Part shown: positions 31,562 through 40,350 of the stretch, one piece after another
Numbering within the stretch: the first letter of the stretch is position 1
How the letters are laid out: the number at the start of each line of letters is the position of its first letter
Source: a virus
Lineage: Duplodnaviria; Caudoviricetes
Length of the DNA stretch: 64,000 bases
Virus record (IMG/VR): IMGVR_UViG_3300042282_000085
Reading direction: 5' to 3' (one strand)
Notes under the pieces: model-generated
Told to the model about the DNA's origin: nothing
Databases searched by the model: none
What the model saw: only the letters and a program-made list of their open reading frames with translations
Made by a program: the position numbers and the translations under genes

Positions 31562-32242
31562 ATGAAATGTGAAATCATTCGTAATGGCAACACCATCGTT
31601 TCTGAGATGGACTTTAACGTAAACCGTGTACGTGACATTGTTGCCCGTCAGGGTGGCGATTACCGCCTCGTACCCAATGCTCTAACTGCTGCCATCCATA
31701 TTGGCTCTATTCAGATCCTCCCAGTTAAATACGATATGCCAGTTACTACTCAGGCCCAGCGCTGCGGTAAGCCGGTACGTACCGTATCAGACTCACTGGT
31801 TACCTACTCTTACCCGGTTGAAGAGAAAACCGAAGACGAGCTTCGCAATGAGCTTCTTACCCAGGTGTCCCGTATTCATGAAAGTTATGACAGCGGTCGT
31901 ATGGAGTATCAGGGCGTCTCAATTGCGGTAGACCTGGAGGCCCGTGTCAATGCAGAAGGCGTACTCAAGCGTTTTGAGCGTGGTCTGATGTCGGCTACTC
32001 AGTGGAATGGTCAGGCGGTAACCTCAACCGATGAGAACGGTAATGAGGTCACTGGTCCTTCTAAGGTGGCCATTGGCTCTACCGCTGATATGCAGGCGCT
32101 GTATGATGCAGTCTTTGCACACCTCGAAGCCGGTTTCATAGCTAAAGAAATGCTCAAAGCGGAGCTCGAATCTGCTGATGCCGTTACATTGGCGACTGTA
32201 GACGTTAATGCGCGTTGGAATGAGATTGTAGAGACACTCTAA
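31562..32242 (+). CDS. Tail-fibre assembly chaperone-like protein (DUF4376-like)
   Basis: Paralog of 27039; lies between the two Mtd-like genes. Confidence 0.6.
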   Translation: MKCEIIRNGNTIVSEMDFNVNRVRDIVARQGGDYRLVPNALTAAIHIGSIQILPVKYDMPVTTQAQRCGKPVRTVSDSLVTYSYPVEEKTEDELRNELLTQVSRIHESYDSGRMEYQGVSIAVDLEARVNAEGVLKRFERGLMSATQWNGQAVTSTDENGNEVTGPSKVAIGSTADMQALYDAVFAHLEAGFIAKEMLKAELESADAVTLATVDVNARWNEIVETL

Positions 32243-32308
32243 GGTGTAACTAGTGATTAGGGGGTGGGTGCCCACCCCCTTTGTATACGGTTTATAGGAG
32301 CATGTAAG

Positions 32309-33295
32309 ATGCCAGATTTACAATTGAAACGCGGTACACCGGCTCAGGTAGATGCCTATCAGGGGCCAGCGGGTGAAATCGTAGTCGATAGCCAGAACTG
32401 GAATATGCGGCTACAGGACGGTGTTACAGCTGGTGGTGTATTACTAGGCAGTAACGAGAACCTGATTGCACGCCCTGAGATTTTGAGTCCCATTCAGGGT
32501 AGTGTCATTGGGGACCAGAGCCCTATTCTGGTTAGTACCGCGTATAGTGGGGAAGGGGTCCACAGTGCGAGTCAGTGGCAGATCAGTGGAGAGGTTGGGT
32601 TTGTAAACCTTATCCACGATAGCGGACGCAATACAGTTAGTCTATTGAGCTATAACTTACTGGATGCAGGTGTAACCTTGACCCGTGGGGTAACGCTGTA
32701 CGTACGGGTGCGTCACGAATCCGGTACTGCAGGCTGGAGTGAATGGAGTGAAGCACTAAGCTTCAGTGTACAGGCAATGGAGCCGGGTACTGTACTGGAT
32801 GACGGTGGCATTATATTTGCACAGGATGGTAATGATTGGCTCGTTGTAGCGCCTGCTAGTCTGCGTGCACTGAGAACCTGGAACGATGGGTCTACTAGTT
32901 GGGTAGACACCCCACTCCCTAACTATACTTCTAATCCAGAGCAAGACGTTAACGATGGTACTTACAATACGGATGTACTGGTTAACGTGACGCAGGAGCA
33001 GAAGGCCGCTACCTACTGCCGTTCTATCGGCTATGATTTGCCGAATGCGGCAGAGCTTCGTTTAATTTACAATAATCGAGCTCAGATCGATGCAGCAGAT
33101 ACCAGCGGAGGCGGGGCCACACTCTCCGCTATCCAATCCGGCACTGCACCCGGCTCCACCACGGCGTACGTCTGGTCCTCTACCGAGTACAATTCCTTCG
33201 TCGCCTGGGCCCTGTACTTTGGCAATGGGAATTGGTACGCCAGCATCAAGCACAACAGTGTCTGGGTAGTGCCTTTCCGGAGAATCCCAGTCTAA
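32309..33295 (+). CDS. Mtd-like receptor-binding protein, DGR target 2
   Basis: Start after AGGAG; LQLKRGT..AYQGPAGEIVVD..RLQDGVTAGG (Mtd_N-like); same architecture as 30305. Confidence 0.87.
   Translation: MPDLQLKRGTPAQVDAYQGPAGEIVVDSQNWNMRLQDGVTAGGVLLGSNENLIARPEILSPIQGSVIGDQSPILVSTAYSGEGVHSASQWQISGEVGFVNLIHDSGRNTVSLLSYNLLDAGVTLTRGVTLYVRVRHESGTAGWSEWSEALSFSVQAMEPGTVLDDGGIIFAQDGNDWLVVAPASLRALRTWNDGSTSWVDTPLPNYTSNPEQDVNDGTYNTDVLVNVTQEQKAATYCRSIGYDLPNAAELRLIYNNRAQIDAADTSGGGATLSAIQSGTAPGSTTAYVWSSTEYNSFVAWALYFGNGNWYASIKHNSVWVVPFRRIPV
33167..33283 (+). repeat. DGR variable repeat copy VR2
   Basis: See the VR1/VR3 alignment. Confidence 0.9.
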
Positions 33296-33327
33296 TCGCC
33301 TTAAGGCGATGACTGGGATTTGCCTTT

Positions 33328-33416
33328 GGGCTTGCCCTTTGTAGGGCTGCCCTTACTACTTTGAGTACTTTTAAAAGCCGTACAGGCTACCCAGGCCCTT
33401 TGTAGGGACTGGGTCC
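33328..33416 (+). repeat. 89-nt non-coding element, copy 2
   Basis: Near-identical to 31436-31524. Confidence 0.85.
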
Positions 33417-33445
33417 TTTTCATTACGATATAGACTCACACCACA

Positions 33446-33487
33446 TACTCTTTAAGGCCTATCCTAGCGGATAGGCCTTAAAGAGTA
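33446..33487. terminator. 19-bp-stem hairpin
   Basis: TACTCTTTAAGGCCTATCC-TAGC-GGATAGGCCTTAAAGAGTA. Confidence 0.6.
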
Positions 33488-33585
33488 ATTTTCAGAGTGA
33501 CTGGCGTGGGTCAAATCCTATAGCCTTGTAGCCGGTGCACTATAGTCACACGGCTGACACTCGTCACGATTATAGGACACCTACT

Positions 33586-34449
33586 ATGTCTGAACTATTA
33601 GACCTTCGTTATCAATTTGACCCTACTGGTCACTCCACCGATAACCTTATTATCGATGAGCTACACACTGTTTCACAGTCGGGTCCCGCACTTATCATTC
33701 CACGGGAAGGCCTGATGTACACTCCAGGCTTTACGGTGCGCCGGGCATCCTCTAACGTACCGCTTATCCAGAATACGGACTTCCACTTTATTTCTCTGGA
33801 CGAATTCATTACCGCAAAAACGGGTATTGAAACCGCCTCCGCGATTCAGTTTGATAAAGCTGAACACTTTGGCGACTTTGTAATCACCTACCAGGCTGTC
33901 GGTGGATATGAGGGGCGCTTTAACCGTCTGGTACAAGACCTAATCGATGCCATCGAGCGTGCTAAGGATGCTGACGTTGAATGGACTCGAGTTAAGAATA
34001 AACCGGCTCAGTATCCTCCAGAGTACCATAACCATGAACTCATCTCCATTACTGGATGGGAGAAGTTTACGGTTAAGCTCCATGAATTAAAGGAGGCTAT
34101 TATCGATAGTCATTCCCTAGGTTCATCTGCACTCTCCCTTTCTCAAGCGGATTCGCGTATCCTAGCCCTCATTGCCGAGATGCAGCGGGAGATACAGTAC
34201 CTGAATGGGGACATTGCGGATATCCTGGAGCGCATGAAGCGCTACATGGAGTTTGACATTGACTTTGGGGAGCTTGGTAAATTGCGAGAGTGGCCTGAGC
34301 GTGACGTGTTCTACGTATCCTCAATTGACCTGCAAGAGAAGTCCAATCCCTTTATGGACTTTGGTGAGATTAAGGGTCCAGAACGCAATCAGTGGGATGA
34401 TGTACCGAATGTCAGCTCCTATGACATGGGTGAGCTTTCCAACAATTAA
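33586..34449 (+). CDS. Fibre-anchor protein (FDPTG family) with three C-terminal D-[FM]-G-E-[LI] motifs
   Basis: YQFDPTG..NLIIDELH; DFGEL, DFGEI, DMGEL. Confidence 0.7.
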   Translation: MSELLDLRYQFDPTGHSTDNLIIDELHTVSQSGPALIIPREGLMYTPGFTVRRASSNVPLIQNTDFHFISLDEFITAKTGIETASAIQFDKAEHFGDFVITYQAVGGYEGRFNRLVQDLIDAIERAKDADVEWTRVKNKPAQYPPEYHNHELISITGWEKFTVKLHELKEAIIDSHSLGSSALSLSQADSRILALIAEMQREIQYLNGDIADILERMKRYMEFDIDFGELGKLREWPERDVFYVSSIDLQEKSNPFMDFGEIKGPERNQWDDVPNVSSYDMGELSNN

Positions 34450-34487
34450 CGGCATAAAACCTCAGAGCCCCGAAGGGCTCTGAGTCT

Positions 34488-34661
34488 TTACCGAGCATAG
34501 CGCAACTCTTTATTCAACTTCAGTAATTGACGCTTCGCCTTTTCCAGTCGGCGTTTCGCATCTTTTTCTTTATTTGAATGAGGAGTAGCCTCTGCCAATA
34601 CTGCACTTGCTTCTCGAATGGCTTTTTCAGTATTGCGGATTTTGTTTTGCAGATCGATCAT
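34488..34661 (-). CDS. Small basic coiled-coil protein (57 aa)
   Basis: Translated by hand, MIDLQNKIRNTEKAIREA...; AAGGA RBS. Confidence 0.55.
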   Translation of the reverse strand: MIDLQNKIRNTEKAIREASAVLAEATPHSNKEKDAKRRLEKAKRQLLKLNKELRYAR

Positions 34662-34670
34662 CGGGGGTCC

Positions 34671-34808
34671 TTATTCGCTATAGCCAAATGCGTTATTCGC
34701 CGCCATTAGACAGCGATAGAGTGTCTCGTTAGTCTCGGCAACCGAGCCTGATTCGATATGCAGTCCTAACGAAGGGAGTGTTTTGGTATCCAGACTTACG
34801 TCGTACAT
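34671..34808 (-). CDS. Small hypothetical protein (45 aa)
   Basis: GGAGG RBS; MYDVSLDTK... Confidence 0.45.
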   Translation of the reverse strand: MYDVSLDTKTLPSLGLHIESGSVAETNETLYRCLMAANNAFGYSE

Positions 34809-34872
34809 TGTCTTAGCCTCCATGTTTAATCCATATCATACCGAGTACAATAATTCCTTAGGAGGAATCCTT

Positions 34873-35502
34873 ATGTCCACTAAACCGACTGTAGAAAACA
34901 TCATTTTAACCGTCATGGAAATTGAATCCGGACGTAAACTGATAGGCCAAAAGATTGATCCCAATGATACGAATGGGGGCTACACGAATGACCCCGACGA
35001 TCCGGGCGGAGAGACTAATTGGGGTTGGACAGAAGGCACTCTTAAGGCCCACGGCATTAAAACGCATCCCCGTGACCTTACGTTCCAGCAAGCCTTTGAC
35101 TATTATAAGCGTATTTTCTGGACACGTTCGGGTGCGGAAGCGGTCTACGATTTTCAACCCTGGCTGGCCCGTACAATTTTTAATTACGGTGTGCACGCTG
35201 GATACCATAAGGCTGCACGTAACCTACAGACCCTTTTAAACCTCCATAATAACCAAGGCAAGCGTTGGGCAGACCTGATCGTTGATGGGGCGGTGGGTGC
35301 ACGAACACTGGATGCACTGCAGGCCTACATCCGTATTCGCAAGGGGGAGATTGGTGAGGATGTACTCTTTACCGACTATGCGATTATGATGGGTGCTTTC
35401 TACCAAGAGCTTGCCATTAAAAACGACCGTTATGAGAAGTATACGTATGGGTTCTCTACTCGTGCGATGTTAGAGCTGAAAGAATATTTTACTCGCAGTT
35501 AA
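34873..35502 (+). CDS. Glycoside hydrolase family 108 lysozyme with peptidoglycan-binding domain (endolysin)
   Basis: GGYTNDPDDPGGETNWG, YYKRIFW, LQTLLN, DLIVDGAVGARTL; GGAGG RBS. Confidence 0.9.
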   Translation: MSTKPTVENIILTVMEIESGRKLIGQKIDPNDTNGGYTNDPDDPGGETNWGWTEGTLKAHGIKTHPRDLTFQQAFDYYKRIFWTRSGAEAVYDFQPWLARTIFNYGVHAGYHKAARNLQTLLNLHNNQGKRWADLIVDGAVGARTLDALQAYIRIRKGEIGEDVLFTDYAIMMGAFYQELAIKNDRYEKYTYGFSTRAMLELKEYFTRS

Positions 35503-35531
35503 CCACAGGTCTATGTAATGAGGATTGGAGT

Positions 35532-36143
35532 ATGCGCAAGGATCACTCGATACAGCGGTACTATACCGGCATAGGGTCCCGTCAGGCCCCTGCATGGGCA
35601 CAAACCCTTGCTACTGAGATAGCCGCTAAGCTCTCTGCTACACACGTTCTACGCCACGGGGATGCCAGTGGCATGGATGAGGCCTTTAGTCAGGGATCGG
35701 CCGGGAGAGAGGAGATATGGGCCCCCTGGAAGGGGTTCCGTAAAGACGAGCGCTCTTCCATTACCCGACAGCGCATCCAATCCCCTGCACAGCAGATCGA
35801 ATCGGGCAACATGCTTATTCGAGAAGGCATCTGCCCGCACTTCTTTAACATGAAGCCCTCTATTCAGGCACTCTTTGCCCGTAACGTGTTTCAGATTACT
35901 GGTCAGCGTTCTGAGATGGGTGAGTGTGATCCCCTATCGGATTTTGTCGTCTATTGGGCACCAGAAAACACTAAGGGTGTCATATCCGGAGGTACTCGAA
36001 TAGCTGTTTACCTGGCCCGCAGTATGGGAATTCCTACCTACAACCTTGACATTAAATCTCAACGTGATGAAATTCTAGACCACCTTGACATTCAATATGT
36101 AGAGGATGATGACTGGTACTCCGCACCATATTTAACAGTATAA
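35532..36143 (+). CDS. DprA/SLOG-like nucleotide-binding protein
   Basis: YTGIGSR, LRHGDASGMDEAF, ARNV, SGGTRIAV..A...IPTYNL. Confidence 0.7.
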   Translation: MRKDHSIQRYYTGIGSRQAPAWAQTLATEIAAKLSATHVLRHGDASGMDEAFSQGSAGREEIWAPWKGFRKDERSSITRQRIQSPAQQIESGNMLIREGICPHFFNMKPSIQALFARNVFQITGQRSEMGECDPLSDFVVYWAPENTKGVISGGTRIAVYLARSMGIPTYNLDIKSQRDEILDHLDIQYVEDDDWYSAPYLTV

Positions 36144-36218
36144 ACTATCCCCGTCCATTTTGGACGGGGATATCCATATATGCTGTAATCGGCATAGGTC
36201 AAGCGATAGACCGGTTAC

Positions 36219-36869
36219 TTAGCCTGTCGTGGATGTGTTCCCAGCTTCCTCTAGCGCGCTCACACGACTAATTAGTGACTGAATGGTAGCTGACATATCC
36301 GCAAGGTCACTGTTTAGATTAGACGCCGCGGTTTCTAACGAATTTACCTTATCCGATAGTGCCACTAACCCATCGGCAACATCTTTAACCCTACTATCCA
36401 GCTCACTTATATCTACTCCGTTTATCGTTACGTTATCTGCGTTTATTGATACGTCATGGTCCACGTTTAAATTAAAGTCGCCGTTTATATTACCCTGCCA
36501 ACTACCCCCTACATTCAGTCCATGGTCACCGTTAAATGTCAGGACGCCATCCCCCGCAACATCTAGACGATATGTGCCGTTACTGGTTAGTTTGTAGTCT
36601 CTGCCTGCAAAGATTATAAAGTCTTCCATTGCTCTAAGTATAAAGGACTTGTCCGTACTGTACTCGCTGTTGTCAATGGAGTGTTGTACTATAGTGCCCA
36701 GACTTAATATATCTATAAACAGCGTCGGATCATGTTTACAGGCATCGATGATTTGACGAAATCCTTCACCGGTATCGGTGCCGCAGCCGTCACCCAGACC
36801 GCCGCCCCATGACATATCCCCTTCCAAGGGGCTATCGGGCTGGCGGTCGGCTATTTTACTCCCACTCAT
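36219..36869 (-). CDS. Putative tail-tip/spike-associated protein
   Basis: Beta-helix-like G/N/D/V repeats plus C-terminal coiled coil; downstream of the spike-like gene. Confidence 0.5.
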   Translation of the reverse strand: MSGSKIADRQPDSPLEGDMSWGGGLGDGCGTDTGEGFRQIIDACKHDPTLFIDILSLGTIVQHSIDNSEYSTDKSFILRAMEDFIIFAGRDYKLTSNGTYRLDVAGDGVLTFNGDHGLNVGGSWQGNINGDFNLNVDHDVSINADNVTINGVDISELDSRVKDVADGLVALSDKVNSLETAASNLNSDLADMSATIQSLISRVSALEEAGNTSTTG

Positions 36870-36883
36870 TGGTCTCTACTCCA

Positions 36884-37723
36884 CTACAGTGTAATTGTTC
36901 GGCGAGGGCCCCGCAAAATAAGGGCAGTCTTCGACTCTACTAACTGTTTCCCCTGACTGACCTGCTGTAGCCAGCCGCTCGCCAGAAATTCACAGTCCCC
37001 GGTTGTCCGTAAACTGAAATCCTTACACCGCACTCGAATATCTCGACTCGCGACGTTGATTGAGGTATCGGACTGTATGTTGATGTGCTTACGGTTTAAC
37101 TCTACAAAGGAGTTATCGGCATTACGGATATAGATATTGGTACGAGCACTGTCAATCTGTATGATGTTGCCCAGGTCATCTGTTAACGTAACCTGACCAT
37201 CCCCTGGGTTAAATTGTAGGGTATAGATACAAAACTCATCATTGCGCTTTGACGTCTTCAGCGTCACTGTCTTCTGATGGGTACTGACCTCTAAGAAGTA
37301 TGAGTTATCTTCCGTGATCTCTTCATCGATATTCTCAGGTAGTCCACTGTAGCGGTAAATAACCGTCTCCAGTCGACGCAGGTCATCATCCCGCCCCATT
37401 GCAGTCCAATAGTACTTATCCGCATCACCCTGCCGCCAAATCCACACCTGTTCACCACGACGGACATCCGGTGAGGTCGTGCGGTTTGTTTCCCCTAGCC
37501 ACTCAGCGGTTAGAGTGGCACCCATATCCACTTCGACTTTATAGGGCTTCTCTTCTACGTCAATACCTGATGTCTTGATGTTGACCGTATCAGTCCCTAG
37601 TTCACTGTCCATAAGGTTAAGGGCTTCTATGGGAATAATATCAACCAAATGACTATCCAAGGGTTTATTCTCAGCGACAATGCCAACTGACATTCGCCGA
37701 AGCTCACTTTCTTTAACCTGCAT
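36884..37723 (-). CDS. Baseplate spike/tail-tip protein (phiKZ gp164-like)
   Basis: SVGIVAENK, AEWL..NRTTSPDVRRGEQV..R.GD.D.YYW, C-terminal beta repeats; start after GGAG. Confidence 0.6.
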   Translation of the reverse strand: MQVKESELRRMSVGIVAENKPLDSHLVDIIPIEALNLMDSELGTDTVNIKTSGIDVEEKPYKVEVDMGATLTAEWLGETNRTTSPDVRRGEQVWIWRQGDADKYYWTAMGRDDDLRRLETVIYRYSGLPENIDEEITEDNSYFLEVSTHQKTVTLKTSKRNDEFCIYTLQFNPGDGQVTLTDDLGNIIQIDSARTNIYIRNADNSFVELNRKHINIQSDTSINVASRDIRVRCKDFSLRTTGDCEFLASGWLQQVSQGKQLVESKTALILRGPRRTITL

Positions 37724-37794
37724 AGTGTTGCTCCAATATCTACTTATACCATTGCACCGTACCCTAGGATAATAGGTAAAAAAAAATAACGTAG

Positions 37795-37822
37795 CCATAC
37801 CCAGCCCGAAGGCTGGGTATGG
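37795..37822 (-). terminator. Intrinsic terminator, identical to 47501-47528
   Basis: CCATACCCAGCCCGAAGGCTGGGTATGG followed by TATTTTTTTT on the minus strand. Confidence 0.8.
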
Positions 37823-37829
37823 ACATGCA

Positions 37830-38117
37830 TTACGCGTCGACTGATTCCTTCAGAGCCTTTGCAGGCTTGAAGACCGGCACCTTGCGGGCCGGGATAGTGA
37901 TGGCAGCACCAGTAGCCGGGTTACGGCCCTGACGCTCAGCACGTTCAGTGATCTTGAAATTACCGAAACCAGAGATATGTACCTCCTGGCCATCTGCCAT
38001 CTTCTCGGAGATGACATCGAAGGTATTGTTTACCACTTTTTCAGTAACCTTAACGGTCTCTTCAGACCGTGTTGCTACTTCCGCGATTACATCTTTTTTC
38101 GATACATGGTTAGACAT
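37830..38117 (-). CDS. hup: DNA-binding protein HU
   Basis: VHISGFGNF, RQGRNPATG, IPARKVPVFKPAKALKE. Confidence 0.95.
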   Translation of the reverse strand: MSNHVSKKDVIAEVATRSEETVKVTEKVVNNTFDVISEKMADGQEVHISGFGNFKITERAERQGRNPATGAAITIPARKVPVFKPAKALKESVDA

Positions 38118-38225
38118 GATGGTTTCCTTTTACGTTTGGGTGGTATTGTTCGTAGACAAAGAATAGTGGGAGTTGTGTACTTTTTCACAACTCCAACGTT
38201 TATAGGCACTGCAGTATTGCTTAGG

Positions 38226-38915
38226 TCATACACACCATCCACGTTTACTTAAAAAGTTAACGGTGAACTTAGGCGGAATAAGGGGTAGCTTATCACCACA
38301 GAGGTAGAACTGTAGTACCTGCGGGTCTTGCTCACTCACCCGACAGGCGACCTTATAGAAGGACATGTCCCTCAGGCGCTCACAGAGCTGCGCTCCGACG
38401 CGTAAAACCTGAGTGGGGCTATCCCCCTCCTCAATGCCTTGCGCTACGCAGTACTGCGTTACACGCGCCCCCAACTGCATATCGCAGAGAGTGTGATTTA
38501 ATAAGGGGGTAGGTAGCCTGATGCTCCCTATAGAGAGGGCCGTTCCACGTTCCCGCTCCGATAGGGGCTCAGGCGAATACAGGTTAGACAAGCGCTCCGC
38601 ACGAGCCTTCACCTGCAATGCTCGGATCTCCCGTTCGAGCATCTTTTTCAAGGCACTGAGCTCCAGTGCCATTTCACGAGGCGATTGCGTCTCCTCGTAC
38701 TGACCTACTATAGCCAATGGGTTACAGGTAAACGCCTCACCCATTGGTTGGAAATTATCGTTACAGGGTTGGGCTAGTACCCAACCTTCAGTGGTTACGC
38801 CGAGGAGCTGGATCAATTCACCCTCACGACGCATCCAATATTCCCCCGCGGCATCTTTCACGCGGGCGATTAATTTATTCGCCTCTAAGTCAGACGCACG
38901 ATATACGTTCGGCAT
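38226..38915 (-). CDS. Hypothetical protein
   Basis: AGGAGG RBS; 229 aa. Confidence 0.7.
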   Translation of the reverse strand: MPNVYRASDLEANKLIARVKDAAGEYWMRREGELIQLLGVTTEGWVLAQPCNDNFQPMGEAFTCNPLAIVGQYEETQSPREMALELSALKKMLEREIRALQVKARAERLSNLYSPEPLSERERGTALSIGSIRLPTPLLNHTLCDMQLGARVTQYCVAQGIEEGDSPTQVLRVGAQLCERLRDMSFYKVACRVSEQDPQVLQFYLCGDKLPLIPPKFTVNFLSKRGWCV

Positions 38916-39033
38916 TTTACAGCCTCCTAAAAAAGAAATTCACCGATCACGTCTCAACTACCCAAACCGGCGTTTACGGCGACTCAGCTCTATAAGCAAC
39001 ACCAAGGTTACCGCCAGGTGACGCTGTCATGTA

Positions 39034-39387
39034 TAAAAAGGAACCCACCCGCCTAACCACCTAAACGGATGGGTACAAAACTCTTCTATGTTCTGCGCAT
39101 CCGGAGTCAGAATATAAGGACCTTATAACCTCCCATGCTTCGCCTCATAGTCTTCCCAGTACTCGGCCTCTTCCATATCCAAATCCCTCTGTTTCTGGAT
39201 ACAGGCCGCGCAGACGTCATAGTAGGCGCCGTTGAAGCCCTCGTCCGTATCCCGGGTTGGGGTAAGTTCAGCCTCCTTACCACACCACTCACAGTTTCCA
39301 AAAATAACATCATCATCAATTGACATAGTGACCTCCTAAATAAAAAGGAACCCACCCGCCTAACCACCTAAACGGATGGGTACAAAA
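39034..39387. repeat. Exact 47-bp direct repeat (39034-39080 and 39341-39387), terminator-like
   Basis: TAAAAAGGAACCCACCCGCCTAACCACCTAAACGGATGGGTACAAAA occurs twice. Confidence 0.9.
39123..39326 (-). CDS. Small Zn-finger protein
   Basis: CEWC..CAAC; AGGAGG RBS. Confidence 0.7.
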   Translation of the reverse strand: MSIDDDVIFGNCEWCGKEAELTPTRDTDEGFNGAYYDVCAACIQKQRDLDMEEAEYWEDYEAKHGRL

Positions 39388-39396
39388 TGGGCCGCG

Positions 39397-39648
39397 TTAG
39401 CACTCAGACGTCATTCCATGTACTATACGCACTACAGCCATTTGGCCCCAGCTGTAGCTTCTCCCGCCGTCACGACGAGAATCATCGATGGCGCTTGCAT
39501 ATGCCATCCTTAAGTCTTCAATGCTCTGCGCATCCGGAGTCAGATGCGAGAGTACGTACTCTATAAACTTCAAACCTCGATCACTTGCAGTGCAGACTGA
39601 GACTGAATTATTGTAAAGGTTTTCTACCGCTTTGACGATGTAAGACAT
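39397..39648 (-). CDS. Hypothetical early protein
   Basis: AAGGAG RBS directly after the early promoter. Confidence 0.65.
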   Translation of the reverse strand: MSYIVKAVENLYNNSVSVCTASDRGLKFIEYVLSHLTPDAQSIEDLRMAYASAIDDSRRDGGRSYSWGQMAVVRIVHGMTSEC

Positions 39649-39685
39649 AACGCTACTCTCCTTAGAGTCTGGTATATACACTAAT

Positions 39686-39699
39686 GTAATATAGGTTTT
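39686..39699 (-). promoter_or_regulatory. phiKZ-type early promoter
   Basis: AAAACCTATATTAC. Confidence 0.8.
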
Positions 39700-39801
39700 C
39701 AGGTTGTATGAATGTACCTCTTTTACTATAGACTTCTATGGGGACTATAAATTAATAAATAGAGATACTCCTTCCCCTGCTAGGGGAAGGAGTATTTAAG
39801 G

Positions 39802-40341
39802 TTACTGTCCTGAGTGAAGCAAACGTCGACTCAGTACTGCAAGGTGAAGCTCTGTACTGACGAACCAGGTGGGTGTACCATCCAGCTGGGTAAGGACACC
39901 TGCACGCTCTAGCGAGAAGCCTCCTCTATTACGGTAATGGTCGTGTGCTACTTTAATATGGGCAGACCACATCTGTTTAACGAAGGACTCAAGATTATAA
40001 AAGGGGTCAGTAGGCAACTGGAGTTTAGTTTCAGAAACTGCCATCTTAAGTAGTTGATCTTGAGACAACCGCCGACCTTGGCGAGGGGCAGCGACTCCAG
40101 GGACAAGTGCTAAACATACCCCTTCAACTTCTTCAGGCAATTGATACAGAGTACCGATGCCTGGGAACCGTACACTATACCCCGCTTCCAAGGCGCGACG
40201 ATAGAGTCCGTTGAATATCCCTACAAAGAGTTTAGCCACGTCTTCACTGACGTTCGCCTTTTTCGCGACATCCTTATGATAAGACTTGAACGTAGGGCGC
40301 TGGCGCAGGGCCGCGTTATCCATAATAATTGCCGTATGCAT
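39802..40341 (-). CDS. Divergent HU/IHF-like protein, possibly two fused armless domains
   Basis: KDVAKKANVS..VAKLFV..ALEAGYSVRFPGIGTL; second unit ..RGGFSLERAGVL. Confidence 0.55.
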   Translation of the reverse strand: MHTAIIMDNAALRQRPTFKSYHKDVAKKANVSEDVAKLFVGIFNGLYRRALEAGYSVRFPGIGTLYQLPEEVEGVCLALVPGVAAPRQGRRLSQDQLLKMAVSETKLQLPTDPFYNLESFVKQMWSAHIKVAHDHYRNRGGFSLERAGVLTQLDGTPTWFVSTELHLAVLSRRLLHSGQ

Positions 40342-40350
40342 GTAATATCC

